DNA of 63,490 bases, counting the filler, from Octopus bimaculoides (Eukaryota), in the NCBI RefSeq assembly GCF_001194135.2. It is 5 parts of 5 records of this genome, joined end to end, with 100 filler letters (N's around TTAATTAATTAA, not from the genome) between each part and the next. Parts side by side here need not be neighbours in the genome. Positions count along the whole stretch, not along the records: positions 1 to 26,361 come from NC_068985.1; positions 26,462 to 42,600 come from NC_068993.1; 3 more parts are not named here. One strand, 5' to 3'. Position numbers and translations under genes: made by a program. Under the pieces are notes generated by a model that did no database searches, had not been told where the DNA came from, and saw only the letters and a list, made by a program, of their open reading frames with translations. Positions 25,295-37,055 of this stretch are shown here, in pieces. The stretch's first letter is position 1. Each line of letters opens with the position of its first letter.

Positions 25295-26329
25295 TGTTTT
25301 TGTTTGTATAAACACGCAACATATATTTACCACTGAATATATTCACCTGCACACTAGTTTCCGCTACGTGCATCTTAATTGTCTTGCCCTTAAAACATGA
25401 TTTTACATCGTATTTTATTTTTACATTATGATTTCAAAAGTTTTCGTCCATCTATTCTTTTCCATTGTTTAAAAGACTTGTAAGAAAAAAAATATATTCT
25501 CTATTAGAAGTAAAAAAGTCAACCGTGGATGAAAGGAACGAAAAATATATACCATGAAGATAAAAAATAAAAGCATTGATGCAGAAGTTGAAGTGAGATT
25601 TTTTTTAATGTATAAAGTGATATAGGAACATATTGAGTGTGGTGTAATAGTATTCTTTGTTATTGATAACCTTTAATTAAAAATGTAAGTAAACCTGTCA
25701 AAGTATTTGAGAACATCGTTTGTTTACTGTTCTGTTTGTTAGATTTAAAGAGAATGTAACTAACACATTACATTCACAATAATGTATTACTTTTATTTTT
25801 GATATTTTGCTTGATTCAATCATTAGACTGCGACAATGCTGGGGCGCTACTTTCGACAATATTTGTCGAGCGAGTTGGCCCCTGGACTGGCTACTTGGAT
25901 AAAGCTTTGTACACATTCCGTCGGCTCGCTTGCCGAAACCAGGAGTTAGAAGGATGTAAACAAAGCAACACCACTTGACAAGCTGCGCTAAAACTACGAC
26001 TTTTGAATAGTACTCTTTATAATCCATACAACCTCGTGCACATGTTTTCATTCATGGGAGACATCTAGCACGCGGTTCTGTTAGATTATAACCGTTATGG
26101 CAGTCTGTACAGAGTAAAAACAGATATTTTAGTTGAGGAAATGTTGATTTTAAAACCATGGTCTACAGATAACCTAGTAATTTTTAATTTTCACCAGTCT
26201 CGCCCGCCTGTTTTTGCTTGGCTGAATTTTATTTGAGAATGTTTAAGTGATCTTCTTGTAGCACATTACCAGGCCACTTAGTGGACTTTTTTCTACACAC
26301 ACACGCGCGCGCGCACAAACACGCACACA

Positions 26330-26360
<31 letters not shown>

Positions 26361-26361
26361 T

Positions 26362-26461
26362 NNNNNNNNNNNNNNNNNNNNNNNNNNNNNNNNNNNNNNN
26401 NNNNNTTAATTAATTAANNNNNNNNNNNNNNNNNNNNNNNNNNNNNNNNNNNNNNNNNNNN
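26362..26461. other. Artificial scaffold-join gap (44 N + TTAATTAATTAA + 44 N)
   Basis: Palindromic 12-mer with stops in all six frames, centred in a 100-bp gap; identical construction at three other sites. Confidence 0.95.
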
Positions 26462-26515
26462 TATATTCACATGCACACACACATATCCGTACATATACAT
26501 ACATATATATGTATA

Positions 26516-27893
26516 CAGGGTGCGTAAAATATTTGAGGACAGATTTATGTTTATAAAAAAAAAGACATATATAATAACAACTTTAACTATCGAAAATGCT
26601 ATGAGGATAAAAATGAACCTTCTTTTTTATAATGTTATTCACTAAAGTTACCTTCAGCTTCACCAACTGCTTCTATATGAGATCTAAATCATCTACATGC
26701 TTGAGTCAAGTGGTTCTGATTCATTTTGGACATTACTCTGTCTATGGCAGCTTTCAAAGAATCTTTTGTGTTATGGGCGTGTTAATTGACCTCTCTCTCA
26801 ACAACGCTCCACATTTAATAATCTAATGGATTGAGATCTGTGAATTAGGAGGCCAAATGTTAGGGGTTATGTGATCATGAAAATTTTCCGCCATCCATTC
26901 CTGTGTTACTAGAGCCATGTGTGATAGTGCAGAGTCATACTGAAATACATATGGCCTTCCATTGTATACACTATCTATCCTAGGCTTAACAACTATTTCC
27001 AAGACCTCAATGTAGGTGGCATAAGAAAGGCGACGAGCTACCAGATTCATTAGCACGCCGGGCGAAAAAGGCGGTGAGCTGGCAGAAACGTTAGCACACC
27101 GGGCGAAATGCTTAGCAGTATTTCGTCTGTTCATGCTCTGAGTTCAAATTCCGCTGAGGTCAACTTTGCCTTTCCTCCTTTCGGAGTCGATAAATTAAGT
27201 ACCTAGGCCTATTTGAAAGAAGTAAGGAGGCATCACATATCCTTCATTACTGAAAACCCCTAAAACCATGACAGTTGCAGGACATTTTGTATGCATAACA
27301 CTTGGAACTTCAGAAGGGTCTGCACATAACCATCTGTCATTTCTTCTGTTAACTTTTTGATCTGGTCGAAGTTTTTCTCGTTTGAGAAAACCCAAATCAA
27401 ATCTTTTCATGGATTTTTCAGTTTGTTTAAGGGCCTTTTAAATCTGATGTAGTGATTTTCTTTTGCTTTTTCTGACAAACTGTTCTTTCCTCATCATTTC
27501 TGAGACATGGATATCTTTGCAATTGACCTCATAGACTTTCTGGGATTGTAATCAATGGTCTATTGAATTTGCTGGATAAATTCAGATGTTCTGATGATTT
27601 CAGAGCGTTTAGAATGCTTTTTATGCTTTGATACTGGTGATACATTTCCATCTTCAGTCTCTAGTTCCTTACAAACTTTGTAGTCGAAAGATCTGGCAAC
27701 TTTTAAGAATTGAGGTACTTCTAAATCGCTATGTTTAGCTTTTATAACAACAATAACAGCATGTCTCTTCATTTCTTGAGTAATTCTGAGGGTCAGCCAT
27801 TATTATTTTCTGAAACAAAAGATTATACAGAGTTAGCAAAAAATTCAGCAATGACCCCAAAAAGGTATGTCCTCAAATACATTACGCGCCCTG
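26516..27893 (-). mobile_element. Full-length defective maT (DD37D) Tc1/mariner transposon with TIRs and TA TSD
   Basis: TIRs cagggtgcgtaaaatatttgaggaca / tgtcctcaaatacattacgcgccctg, both flanked by TA. Transposase pieces MKRHAVIV..., NRRNDRWLC...KCPATVMVLG, FQYDSALSH...WPPNS(P)DLNPLDY; restoring a 1-nt deletion gives 37 residues between the second and third D. Confidence 0.85.
27025..27203 (+). mobile_element. SINE family A with tandemly duplicated head, inserted into the maT transposase
   Basis: aaggcgacgagctaccagattcattagcacgccgggcgaaa is followed by aaggcggtgagctggcagaaacgttagcacaccgggcgaaatgc; it splits the transposase frame at FQIGL. Confidence 0.85.
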
Positions 27894-27906
27894 TATACAT
27901 ACACAG

Positions 27907-27958
<52 letters not shown>

Positions 27959-28029
27959 ATACATGTGTGTTTGATTATATGTGTATGTATATATGCCTGT
28001 TGGTATTCATATATATGTGTGTATGTGTA

Positions 28030-29815
28030 TATACAAAGTCACGCAGTTCAGACAGGTTACCATATTCCAGACAAAGTTCATTTAGCTGAAGGATTGTGAA
28101 TACAACTAAAGTTGGTATAGTCAGTATGTTACCGTTTCCTATATCAAAAAGGTAGTTTGAAAACTCTCTTTCATCATATTCGCCTGCATTAAATAAACGT
28201 TGATTGGTTGTCATCTCTAGGGTTTCTGGATAGTCCCATAGATGAGATCTCTTGATAGTTGCCTCAACTATTCGTACTCTAGCACCATGACGCACAACGG
28301 GAAGGATTTGCTTCCAGTCACTAGACAGTAATACAGTTAGACCACCAAATGGCTTTTTGCAATCCCGAACATCTTGCAAGATCTTGTCAAGGCATTCAAA
28401 AATATGTTTATGCCCTATGCTTATTTCAGTAATAATTAGCAGGTCAGATAGCTGCATTAGTTTACCTATGGTTTCCCTCTTTGTGAAGGTGCAAGTTGAT
28501 TCAGCAGTTACATTGATAGGAATCTGGTATTTGGAATGAAGAGTTCTACCTTTGTGAAGTTAAGTGACTGCTATTCCAGATATGGCAGTTGCAAGCGCAA
28601 TCTTTTTTTTGAGATCGAATGTAATCCAGTATGATGTTGATAACGTAGGTTTTTCCTGTACCTGTAGCTGCATTTAAACAGAAAATTCTACCTTCATTTT
28701 CATTTACTGAGGTGATGACTTTGTGGAAAAACAACCAGTTGCTCAGGGTACAATGTTGGCAGAACTTCATTTATGTTTGCTTGCAGTTGTTGTATATTGA
28801 AATCAGTTTCTCCCATAAGAACCCTATTAAATTCTGGTGGGGTAACAATAGTTAGGTCTGGTCGAGAATGTCCATAGTTGACATGGATGTCCAAGCCTTC
28901 ATATTGAAGTCTTTATTGGATCTTCTGTAGAACAATCTGCACGTTTTGCTCTGACATGACTTGCTCATGACGTTCGTGCATGATATCCACAGCAAGATAT
29001 TTCTTCCATTTCTCCCAGAACTGCATACAATCATTTAGCATGCAGTACAATAAGATAGTGTAAATGATCTCTCGTAGCTGATGTCCAAATGTAATGGATT
29101 AGGCCTCTTCTATAGCTTTGTCTTTCTCTTCACCTTAATCCAACAAACCAAGGTTTTTGCAAGCCTCTTGAAATGCTGGAAATTCAATTCCATCAATTGT
29201 CCTCAAATCTTTGTATGAAATTGACACAGTTGATGTGGCACTGATATCTCAATAACAGGATTTGTTGTATGGAACAATCCAACGCTTATCAACGGCAAAT
29301 TCTTGACCCCTAAGTTGGATTTATAGGTATGACCACCATATTGTCTATCCTTCCTTCTGTATTCAGGAAATGAATTTTCGGCAACAAATGTGGCTTGTCT
29401 GACTGCTTTAGAATAATCTTTAGAGCAATAGGTTTGTTGTCCTTGCTCTTCCATACATGAAGATATATTAGCTTGTCCACACGGGCCAAGAATGTTGTAG
29501 GATGTGATGATCTTATGAAGAATTGGATTAGTCACTTTATCAGGAATCATACTGTAAACTTACCTGATCAATGGCATCTACAGTTTTGAGCTTGCTATCT
29601 TCAGTCATTATCCGCAGAATATGAGCATGAGTGAGGCCTCGTTTCTTCCACTCTACTGTAGCAGAATGAGCCACTACTTTTCTCAAGACATTTTGTTTTA
29701 GTATATCATCCATGAGGGTGTCATACTTAATCTTGAAGACTCTTGCACAAATATCAGGTCGGTCCCTAGGTTCTTTACTGGGGTGGCTCTCTCCTGGGGG
29801 ACGGACTTCCAGATT
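28030..29815 (-). pseudogene. Helitron Rep-helicase remnant
   Basis: Rep: DRPDICARVF..., VEWKKRGLTHAHIL (HUH motif), IPDK...GPCG...CSKDY...FPEYRR. PIF1-like helicase: GTGKT (Walker A), HIFECLDKILQDVR...PFGGLTVLLSSDWKQILPV, TTNQRL, IGNG. Multiple frameshifts and an internal deletion. Confidence 0.9.
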
Positions 29816-30084
29816 AACCATAAAACAAGCGATTTGATCTACTGTTGTAGTTTTATTTCTTGTTTCGTAAGATATATTTGCGCTACGTTAAAATTATTAG
29901 TTTTGAGCCATGTCTGGTAGATGTAGAGACGGTTTTTGTCACTGTCATTATTGTCAACTCTGCCATGAATACCATTACAACATTATTCCTAGTTAGTTAC
30001 CACCAATAGTGCCTTGTTTTGTATCGTTGTAACTGACCTCTGTAGCCATGTTATCATCGTTGTTATTAGCTGCTGCAGAATTTA

Positions 30085-31390
30085 CCAGGTCATCCCATAA
30101 GTTCTGTCGGATTTTACCTTTCTTAAAATTGAATAGTATTTTAAAATTTAATAGTATTTTAGAATGTCTAATGGAATTAAAAATTATTTTTATGCATTTA
30201 TGTACATTTAAACTAATTAAATATTATTTTACGGAATAATAGAATTAAAATTTCTTTGATTAAAATCCTTTCTAACATGGAAGTATCCAAAGAGCATTTA
30301 AGGCACATAATGCTTTATGAGTACAAAGAAGGAAACTCTGTAACCGAAGCGACTCGAAACATACACTCAGTTTGTGGGAAAGAATGCTTGAATGAAAGAA
30401 CTTGCAGAAGATGGCTTGCAAAATTCCGAAGTGGAGATTTCAGCCTTGAAGATGAAGATCGAACAGGACGTCCAGTTGAGTTTGATGATGAGCTCCTTGA
30501 GGCATTACTTGGAGAAAATCCTGCATTATCAGTTGAAGAATTGGCAATAAAGCTTAGTTCAAACCATACAACTGTTCATCGTCATTTTCAACAACTTGGA
30601 AAGGTCCCTAAACTTGGAAAATGAGTGCCTCGTGAATTGTCCGAAGGCAACCGCAAATCCCGTGTTGACATCTGCTCTTGTCTCCATTCTTGCGAACTTA
30701 TTTCACCCTTTTTGGATAGACTTGTGGCTGGTGACGAAAAATGGATCTTCTATCGAAATGTTAAACGTCGTAAACAGTGGCTTGGTAAAAGGGAAAAAAG
30801 TGAACCACAACCGAGAAGGGAACTTCATGGGGAAAAGGTTCTTCTCTCTATCTGGTGGGATTGCAAATGAGTAATTCACTTTGAATGGTTACCACCTGAA
30901 AGACACAATCAATGCTCAAGTCTACTGTCATCAATTAAAGCATTAAAGCACTTGAACCAAGCTTTGAAGGAAAAAAACCCGCTTTAGTGAATCGAAAAGG
31001 AGTGATGTTTCATCAGGACAATGCGCAACCCCACACTGCAAAGATCACATCGCAGAAGATCGAAGAGCTTCGTTGGGAAAAAATTCCCCATCCACTTTAT
31101 TCTGCCGACCTTGCTCCTTCAGAGACTACCATTCGTTTCGTGGTTTACAGAATCATTTGGGGGACATAACTTTCGCAAGCCAGGAGGAGGTCGAAACTGA
31201 CATTTCAGAGTTCTTCGCTTTGAAACCAAAAGAGTTTTACATTCATGGGATTAAAAAGCTTGTAAATAGATGGAAGGTCGTCATAGATAATCAGGGAAAG
31301 TACATTGATAATTAAATTCCAATCAAATATAACATTTGATCACTTGATTTCTTTACTCAAAATTCCGACAGAACTTATGGGATGGCCTAA
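30085..31390 (+). mobile_element. Near full-length mariner element (1306 bp) with TIRs and TA TSD
   Basis: TIRs ccaggtcatcccataagttctgtcgga / tccgacagaacttatgggatggcctaa; TA at 30083-84 and 31391-92. Confidence 0.92.
30277..31315 (+). pseudogene. mariner transposase pseudogene
   Basis: HTH (RRWLAKFRSGDFSLED..RTGRP), *VPREL (eroded WVPHEL), GDEKW, HQDNAQPH, YSADLAPS (YSPDL); at least 2 premature stops and 2 frameshifts. Confidence 0.9.
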
Positions 31391-31672
31391 TAGTTAAATC
31401 TGTCATTTCGACTTTTGCGTTGTACTTAAGATAATCATAAATACGTGAGGATTGGGGGGTAGTAGGAGGAAGAGAAGCAGTTTGGCTAACATATAGCTAA
31501 ATGCCACTAGCATGTGAATAGGTTTCACATATGATGACAAAGAGATCAACAATTATCTTTGCATTCCTGTCTGATCTGGATACAAAAGAAGCGTCAGCTG
31601 AGTCAAGCGTGTATTTACTTCGGCAGTGATTAATGAGAACGTTGACCTTAGCTTTGGAAAGAACCAACTCAC

Positions 31673-31770
31673 CTTGTTCCGTTTTAATTACTGATAGAAG
31701 TACAGGTGCTTGTTTATGAATAGAAGTTCTTTTTCTATATGTAATATCACCCTCGTAATCAAGGCATGCA
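31673..31770 (-). CDS. Candidate internal coding exon (ACLDYEGDITYRKRTSIHKQAPVLLSVIKTEQ), unknown product
   Basis: CACAG acceptor, strong AG|GTGAGT donor, stop-free, and phase-compatible with the 31885-32312 segment across a 114-nt intron. Confidence 0.3.
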
Positions 31771-31884
31771 CTGTGATGGTGTCATTTTCAAACAATCCGA
31801 TATGACACAGATAAAAAAAGAAGTTCTTACGGCCTTCTACCATGCCATATATTTCCCCCAAAATAAATCTAATACTGTACAAAC

Positions 31885-32312
31885 CTACTTAAACTGGAAA
31901 CAGAAACACCCTGAAGTAAGACCCTACATAGACATAACAAACTTGCCAATATCAGAAGAAACATTATAACAAAAGAATTACTAATTCTAATAATTCTTTC
32001 TTTTTGTTTGTTTGACGTGGTAGTGGTGGCGGTGGAGACAACCGCGGGCACTTCACTTGAAAGAATTCCCCCTTCTTTCTCTTCCCCTTCCTGCTTATTT
32101 TCGTTATTTTGGATGGCTCCTGTGATGGCAGTGGTGGTAGAAGTGTTAGAGTTCTCATCCGCTCCCTCCTTCATGCCTCTGTCTGTGTTCATGGTGTGGT
32201 TGTTGGTGGTGGTGATGGTGGTGGTGGCGTTGCTGCTACTCTTCCTCTCCCCGCCAACCATATTTGGTATTGGAGGGAAGGAAATTTTGAAAATGCTGCT
32301 AGAATTCTCCAT
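31885..32312 (-). CDS. Candidate coding exon: Thr/Asn-rich N-terminus with four N-X-S/T sequons followed by a hydrophobic helix (FVIMFLLILASLLCL)
   Basis: 142-codon open frame from ATG with a possible AG|GTTTGT donor; no recognised family, and partly low complexity. Confidence 0.3.
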
Positions 32313-32407
32313 GCCCACGACTTACGTAGCCATATTGTAAGTTTTGTTTAGATTTAAATTATGAAATTTCAAGTATTTAAAACTCAGATTTCGATTACAT
32401 TCAACAG

Positions 32408-32575
32408 TCAATTATTTGACTGGTACTTAATTTATCGACCCCGAAAGGATGAAAGGCAAAGCCGACCTCGGCGGAATTTGTACTCAGAATGTAGCGGCAG
32501 ACGAATTACTGCTAAGCATTTCGCCCGGCATGTGGGCGAAATACCGCTAATCATTTCGTGCAGTGTACTAAAGAT
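32408..32575 (-). mobile_element. SINE family A with internal duplication of the post-head segment
   Basis: ctggtacttaatttatcgaccccgaaaggatgaaaggcaaagccgacctcggcggaattt; the gaaataccgctaagcatttcg-like motif occurs twice. Confidence 0.85.
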
Positions 32576-32725
32576 TCTACCATTGTTAATAGTAATAATA
32601 ATTACTATTTCAAATACTCGAAAATAAGGAGTGTTACCTTAGTTCGCTGGTAGTGAACAGCTGATACCATTATTACGCCTTTCTTCACACCACTGTCCAC
32701 CTCAATTTGAATGTACACCTCACAG

Positions 32726-32789
32726 TTCAATGGGGAGGATGTTGTTTTCATCGAGAAATTCATACATCCTTTTGGTGAGGATGGATGTA

Positions 32790-32794
<5 letters not shown>
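32726..32794 (-). pseudogene. Tiny R4/Dong-like RT fragment
   Basis: Translates KITSILTKRMYEFLDENNILPIE, resembling the early RT motif of R4/Dong elements; begins directly after (TAA)n on the minus strand. Confidence 0.55.

Positions 32795-32880
<86 letters not shown>
32792..32880. repeat. (ATT)n microsatellite
   Basis: Perfect run. Confidence 0.95.
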
Positions 32881-33401
32881 GAGCGAGAGAGCAGTGTATA
32901 CCACCAAAGTGAGACTGGGGTAAAATATACGAAGCTCAGTATACCTATCATGACCACCCGTCTGATTAGGGTACATCAGGCACATGCATCACAACCATAT
33001 GTGTGCAACATGGTGATCGCATATCAAGATTAACATCGCATCGCCTTCCAGGTGGGGCCTAATTGCAACAATTTTCTTCAGGTTGAGTAACCCATCCCGC
33101 TCTAAAGGTCCCCGAATAAGGGTTGTTTAAGGATGTTGAACGAAACACCCATGTTTCCAGAGGTGAATTATTCAAACCCTAAAGAATTCTTCTCAACACG
33201 TGGCTATGATACCCCCCAACTACTTCTGCTCATGATCAGCCACTAAGGGATATGCTCAACTGGTTAAGGTAAATCAACTGACAAGCAAATCTGCGGTATT
33301 GAGCAGAATATTTTCTGTAGCCCATCTTTTATACCAAGACAAAACAATGTACATAATGACACTTCCAATCAGTTGAGATTAGAAGCCATGAGAGCCACTG
33401 C
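32881..33401. mobile_element. Unclassified ~520-bp non-coding insert bracketed by (TAA)n, probable interspersed repeat
   Basis: Complex, relatively GC-rich sequence with sharp TAA-array borders; no ORF or TIR. I recall similar sequence as an octopus repeat, but there is only one copy in this window. Confidence 0.45.
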
Positions 33402-33403
33402 CA

Positions 33404-33434
<31 letters not shown>

Positions 33435-33448
33435 TATTATTATTATTG

Positions 33449-33781
33449 GTCAATAGTTTTATTTTTATAACGTGCTTTCACTTCACTACCGAGCGCAGCT
33501 CTGTGTGCCTTGGGTATGTGCTGTGGTTTGCTGTGATGCTCTTATGGTTACTGTATTGAAAGTGTTTTGCGTAGGATGTGTGCAGTGCCAAGTAGTGCAA
33601 TTTTCTGTATGTTATATATATTTGTAAGTCCTGGTGTTTTTGTTATGTGTTTGTCTGAATATTTTTTTATTATACCTAAAGCACCTACTATGATAGGGAA
33701 AGTTTCTCCATTTCTTTTAGGGAATTGATACATCAATTAGAAAGCATCTTTTTCCTTCATGATCTTTGACAACTATATTTT
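33449..33781 (-). mobile_element. Second R4/Dong RLE 3' fragment, with internal deletions
   Basis: High nucleotide similarity to 224-630; IVVKDHEGKRCFLIDVSIP / FPIIVGALG...HILRKTLSIQ; the 3' end runs into (TAA)n at 33402-33448. Confidence 0.85.
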
Positions 33782-34075
33782 TATGCGTGTACTTGTGTGC
33801 GCAAGTGTGTATATGCGCGCGTATATCTGTTTGCCTCCAGTGTTTCACTATCGCTAAAGCAGCTGCAGCCTATCCTGTCTGTCTGTTTGTTTTTTTGTTT
33901 CTGTCTCTTTGTCACTTTCTATATATATATCTGTTTCTCTCTATTGTGCTTAGGACATTGACAAACCTGTTTCAGACAAGACGAAATAAATCGAAATAAA
34001 TAATCGAAATGAGTTGGTGGGTGAGTCATGCACACATGATACTTATCTCAAGTCGTTATTTTGAACAAGTGATAA

Positions 34076-35265
34076 TCTATATATATAAAAATGAGAATGT
34101 GTGTGTGTCTGTCTGTCTGTCTGTCTGTCTGTGTGAATCCCTAAAACTCGAGAACTACGCAACCAATTTCATTCAAATTTTACAGATGCCTTACTTAGTG
34201 TTCCAGTTGTGTTTTAGTAAAAAAAAAATTTTAACTTCTTGCAGAGTTCGAGCCGACAGCAACATAATATCTCCTCCACTATTTAAGTAATACGTCTCAA
34301 AAGTGAAACAAAAACACTCATGTCAAATATTTCACTTTAAGAATGAAACTATTCTACTAACTGAAACAATCACATTTCGATACTGTAATGACAGATACTT
34401 TCAGAGAGAGAAAAAGAGATGTNNNNNNNNNNNNNNNNNNNNNNNNNNNNNNNNNNNNNNNNNNNNNNNNNNNNNNNNNNNNNNNNNNNNNNNNNNNNNN
34501 NNNNNNNNNNNNNNNNNNNNNNNNNNNNNNNNNNNNNNNNNNNNNNNNNNNNNNNNNNNNNNNNNNNNNNNNNNNNNNNNNNNNNNNNNNNNNNNNNNNN
34601 NNNNNNNNNNNNNNNNNNNNNNNNNNNNNNNNNNNNNNNNNNNNNNNNNNNNNNNNNNNNNNNNNNNNNNNNNNNNNNNNNNNNNNNNNNNNNNNNNNNN
34701 NNNNNNNNNNNNNNNNNNNNNNNNNNNNNNNNNNNNNNNNNNNNNNNNNNNNNNNNNNNNNNNNNNNNNNNNNNNNNNNNNNNNNNNNNNNNNNNNNNNN
34801 NNNNNNNNNNNNNNNNNNNNNNNNNNNNNNNNNNNNNNNNNNNNNNNNNNNNNNNNNNNNNNNNNNNNNNNNNNNNNNNNNNNNNNNNNNNNNNNNNNNN
34901 NNNNNNNNNNNNNNNNNNNNNNNTGTGGTGCATAAATTGTCAAGTAAATGAGACGCATCTTTGCCTCCACTGATTCACTTGCAAAGTGTTGAGTAAAATT
35001 ATTTCGTTGCAGACCTCCTTTGGGTCTTTTTATTATCACTGCGACACACATAGTCCCCAGTTGGTAACATTGATTTCAAGGCCCTCCTAGATGAGAGACT
35101 GGCATTCCACTTAATGTCTATGTTCCATGCTGGCATGGATTGGAGAGTTATTAATGTAGAAATATGGTATCGTAGCTACTAACAGTTGAGGGTTGCGTAG
35201 TCTAGACGGCGTTTTTAGATTTCATTATTCTCTTTAACCCGGGCAAAGCCGGGTATTTCTGCTAG
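34076..35265 (+). mobile_element. Non-autonomous Helitron with both termini (spans a gap)
   Basis: 5' A|TCTATATATATAAAA at 34075/76, then (GTCT)n; 3' hairpin cccgg-gcaaag-ccggg, 8 nt, then CTAG|T at 35262-66. Confidence 0.7.
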
Positions 35266-36156
35266 TTGAAACTAAGAATCGCTTGGGTTTCCTCGAAATC
35301 GGCAAGCCGATCCTCACAATTGGTATTCTTTTTCTCCTTTCATTTCTTCTCTTCAATTCAAAGCACTTAATGCTATCTTATTCGATTAGATAAGTAACCT
35401 ATCAACCTACCCAACCTTCTCTATTCACCTCCCTCAATTCAATTTCATACACCTCTGTATACCACAGTACTTCCTCTCCAAAACCAACTACTAACTACTG
35501 CTATTTTGACCTCCATCTCGCCCCGCTCTGTCTACTTTCCCTACAATTTGTCTCATACCTTTCTACATACTTTAGTAATCTCTCTCTGCCGCTGAAATAA
35601 ACACTAACTCTCTCAAATAATTGCCACTCGTTTATTTACTATTTCAACTTCCAATAATTCTATAGCAATTATCTCCAATCTTTGATTCCTAAACACAAAT
35701 CCAACACAACTCACCACCATTCAAATATTATCCTTCCTACTCTTCCTATTCATCTCCCAACTCCCCACTTCTACAACCACCTTCCTCTTAGTACCCTCAT
35801 TAATAACCCTTCACACATCCTGAACTATATTTTCTCCTCTCACCATTTCCTATCTTAATATTCCCCCTCCTCTAATACATCTAGCTCTCCACATTTAATC
35901 ATTCCATCTTTGAGCTTCTCTGCATTAAGATCTGAAATGTAAGATCTTTACCGATGTCGATTGTATCCGTTACGGCTACATATTGAGATGAATCACATCT
36001 ACCAACATTACTATTGATCTCGAAGCCTCCAGAAACAGCTGTCGCACTTATAATACTTTTCCTTTACATCTTTAATTTTCAGTCATGTGTACTCTGTGTA
36101 AATTGAACCTATTAATAATCGAAATTCTCTTCCCACCTTTTTCTTATTACTATACA

Positions 36157-37055
36157 CAGGGTGCGGTGAATATATTGTCGTCTGAATTACGCGAAAATGA
36201 AAATAACAGACATCTCATTTTAATAGATATATATACCAAAATTACATAAAGATTTATTGAAATAATAAAGTATAAATTCATTCAATAAAATCGCCATTGG
36301 CTTCAACTACAGTCTCCAGACGACTTCAGAATATCCTGCAACTCTTCTAGGTGATCTTGTATAAGTTGGTGAATGTTGCCATAATCCTAGCCTTCAGTTC
36401 ATCTTTAATGTTATAAGGAGTTTTGTCGGTGTCTCGCTCAATTGCGCCCCACACACAATAATCAAAGGGGTTGCAGTCTGTGGAGTTAAGTGGCCAGATA
36501 TTAGGGGTGATGTGGTCGCAGAAATAGTCTGTCAGCCATGATTTGGTTCTTCTGCTTATGTAGCATGGTGCAGCCTCCATCCTGCCCCAGGGTAGCACTA
36601 CCTTCTCCAGGCACTTGATATAGGCCTCTGTGTTGAGTCTGAGGCCATGTGTCAAGATAAATAGAGACATAACATTGCCATCACTAGTAATCACCCTAAA
36701 CACCATGATATTGACTGGATATTTGATTTTTATCACTCCCAGTACATATTTTAGGGACACGGCAATCTAACGGTTGTTCTGTGTGTTCACCATCTGATCC
36801 TCGCAGAATTTTTTCTCGTCTGAGAAAAACCAAAACACGTTCGGCTGGAGAGGACGCTTGAATTTGTTCACAAGCTTCGTAGAGCACTCTTTTCTCTTAT
36901 CCTTGATGGCTTGGGATAACAATTGGCTCGTTCTCATCTTGTATGAGGAATACAGAATGCCTTCATGCGTCACCTGTCTGATAAGAAACTCAGACATTCT
37001 CATGTCCTTGGTGATGGACCTGGTTGACTTGAAGGGATCATTGTTAATCTGGCCT
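36157..37055 (-). mobile_element. Second maT/DD37D-type family, 5'-truncated
   Basis: TIR-like cagggtgcgg at 36157; FFSDEKKF...NTQNNR, KYPVNIMVF, GLRLNTEAYIKCLEKVV, HITPNIWPLNSTDCNPFDYCVW. Confidence 0.8.

Noticed and set aside
22637-25333. ORFs of 260-380 aa (also at 34303, 37157, 44268, 60168 and similar sites)
   Set aside because: They consist almost entirely of N-gap codons.
31766-31969. Plus-strand 67-aa ORF
   Set aside because: Antisense to the better-supported minus-strand model, closed upstream by a stop, no motif.
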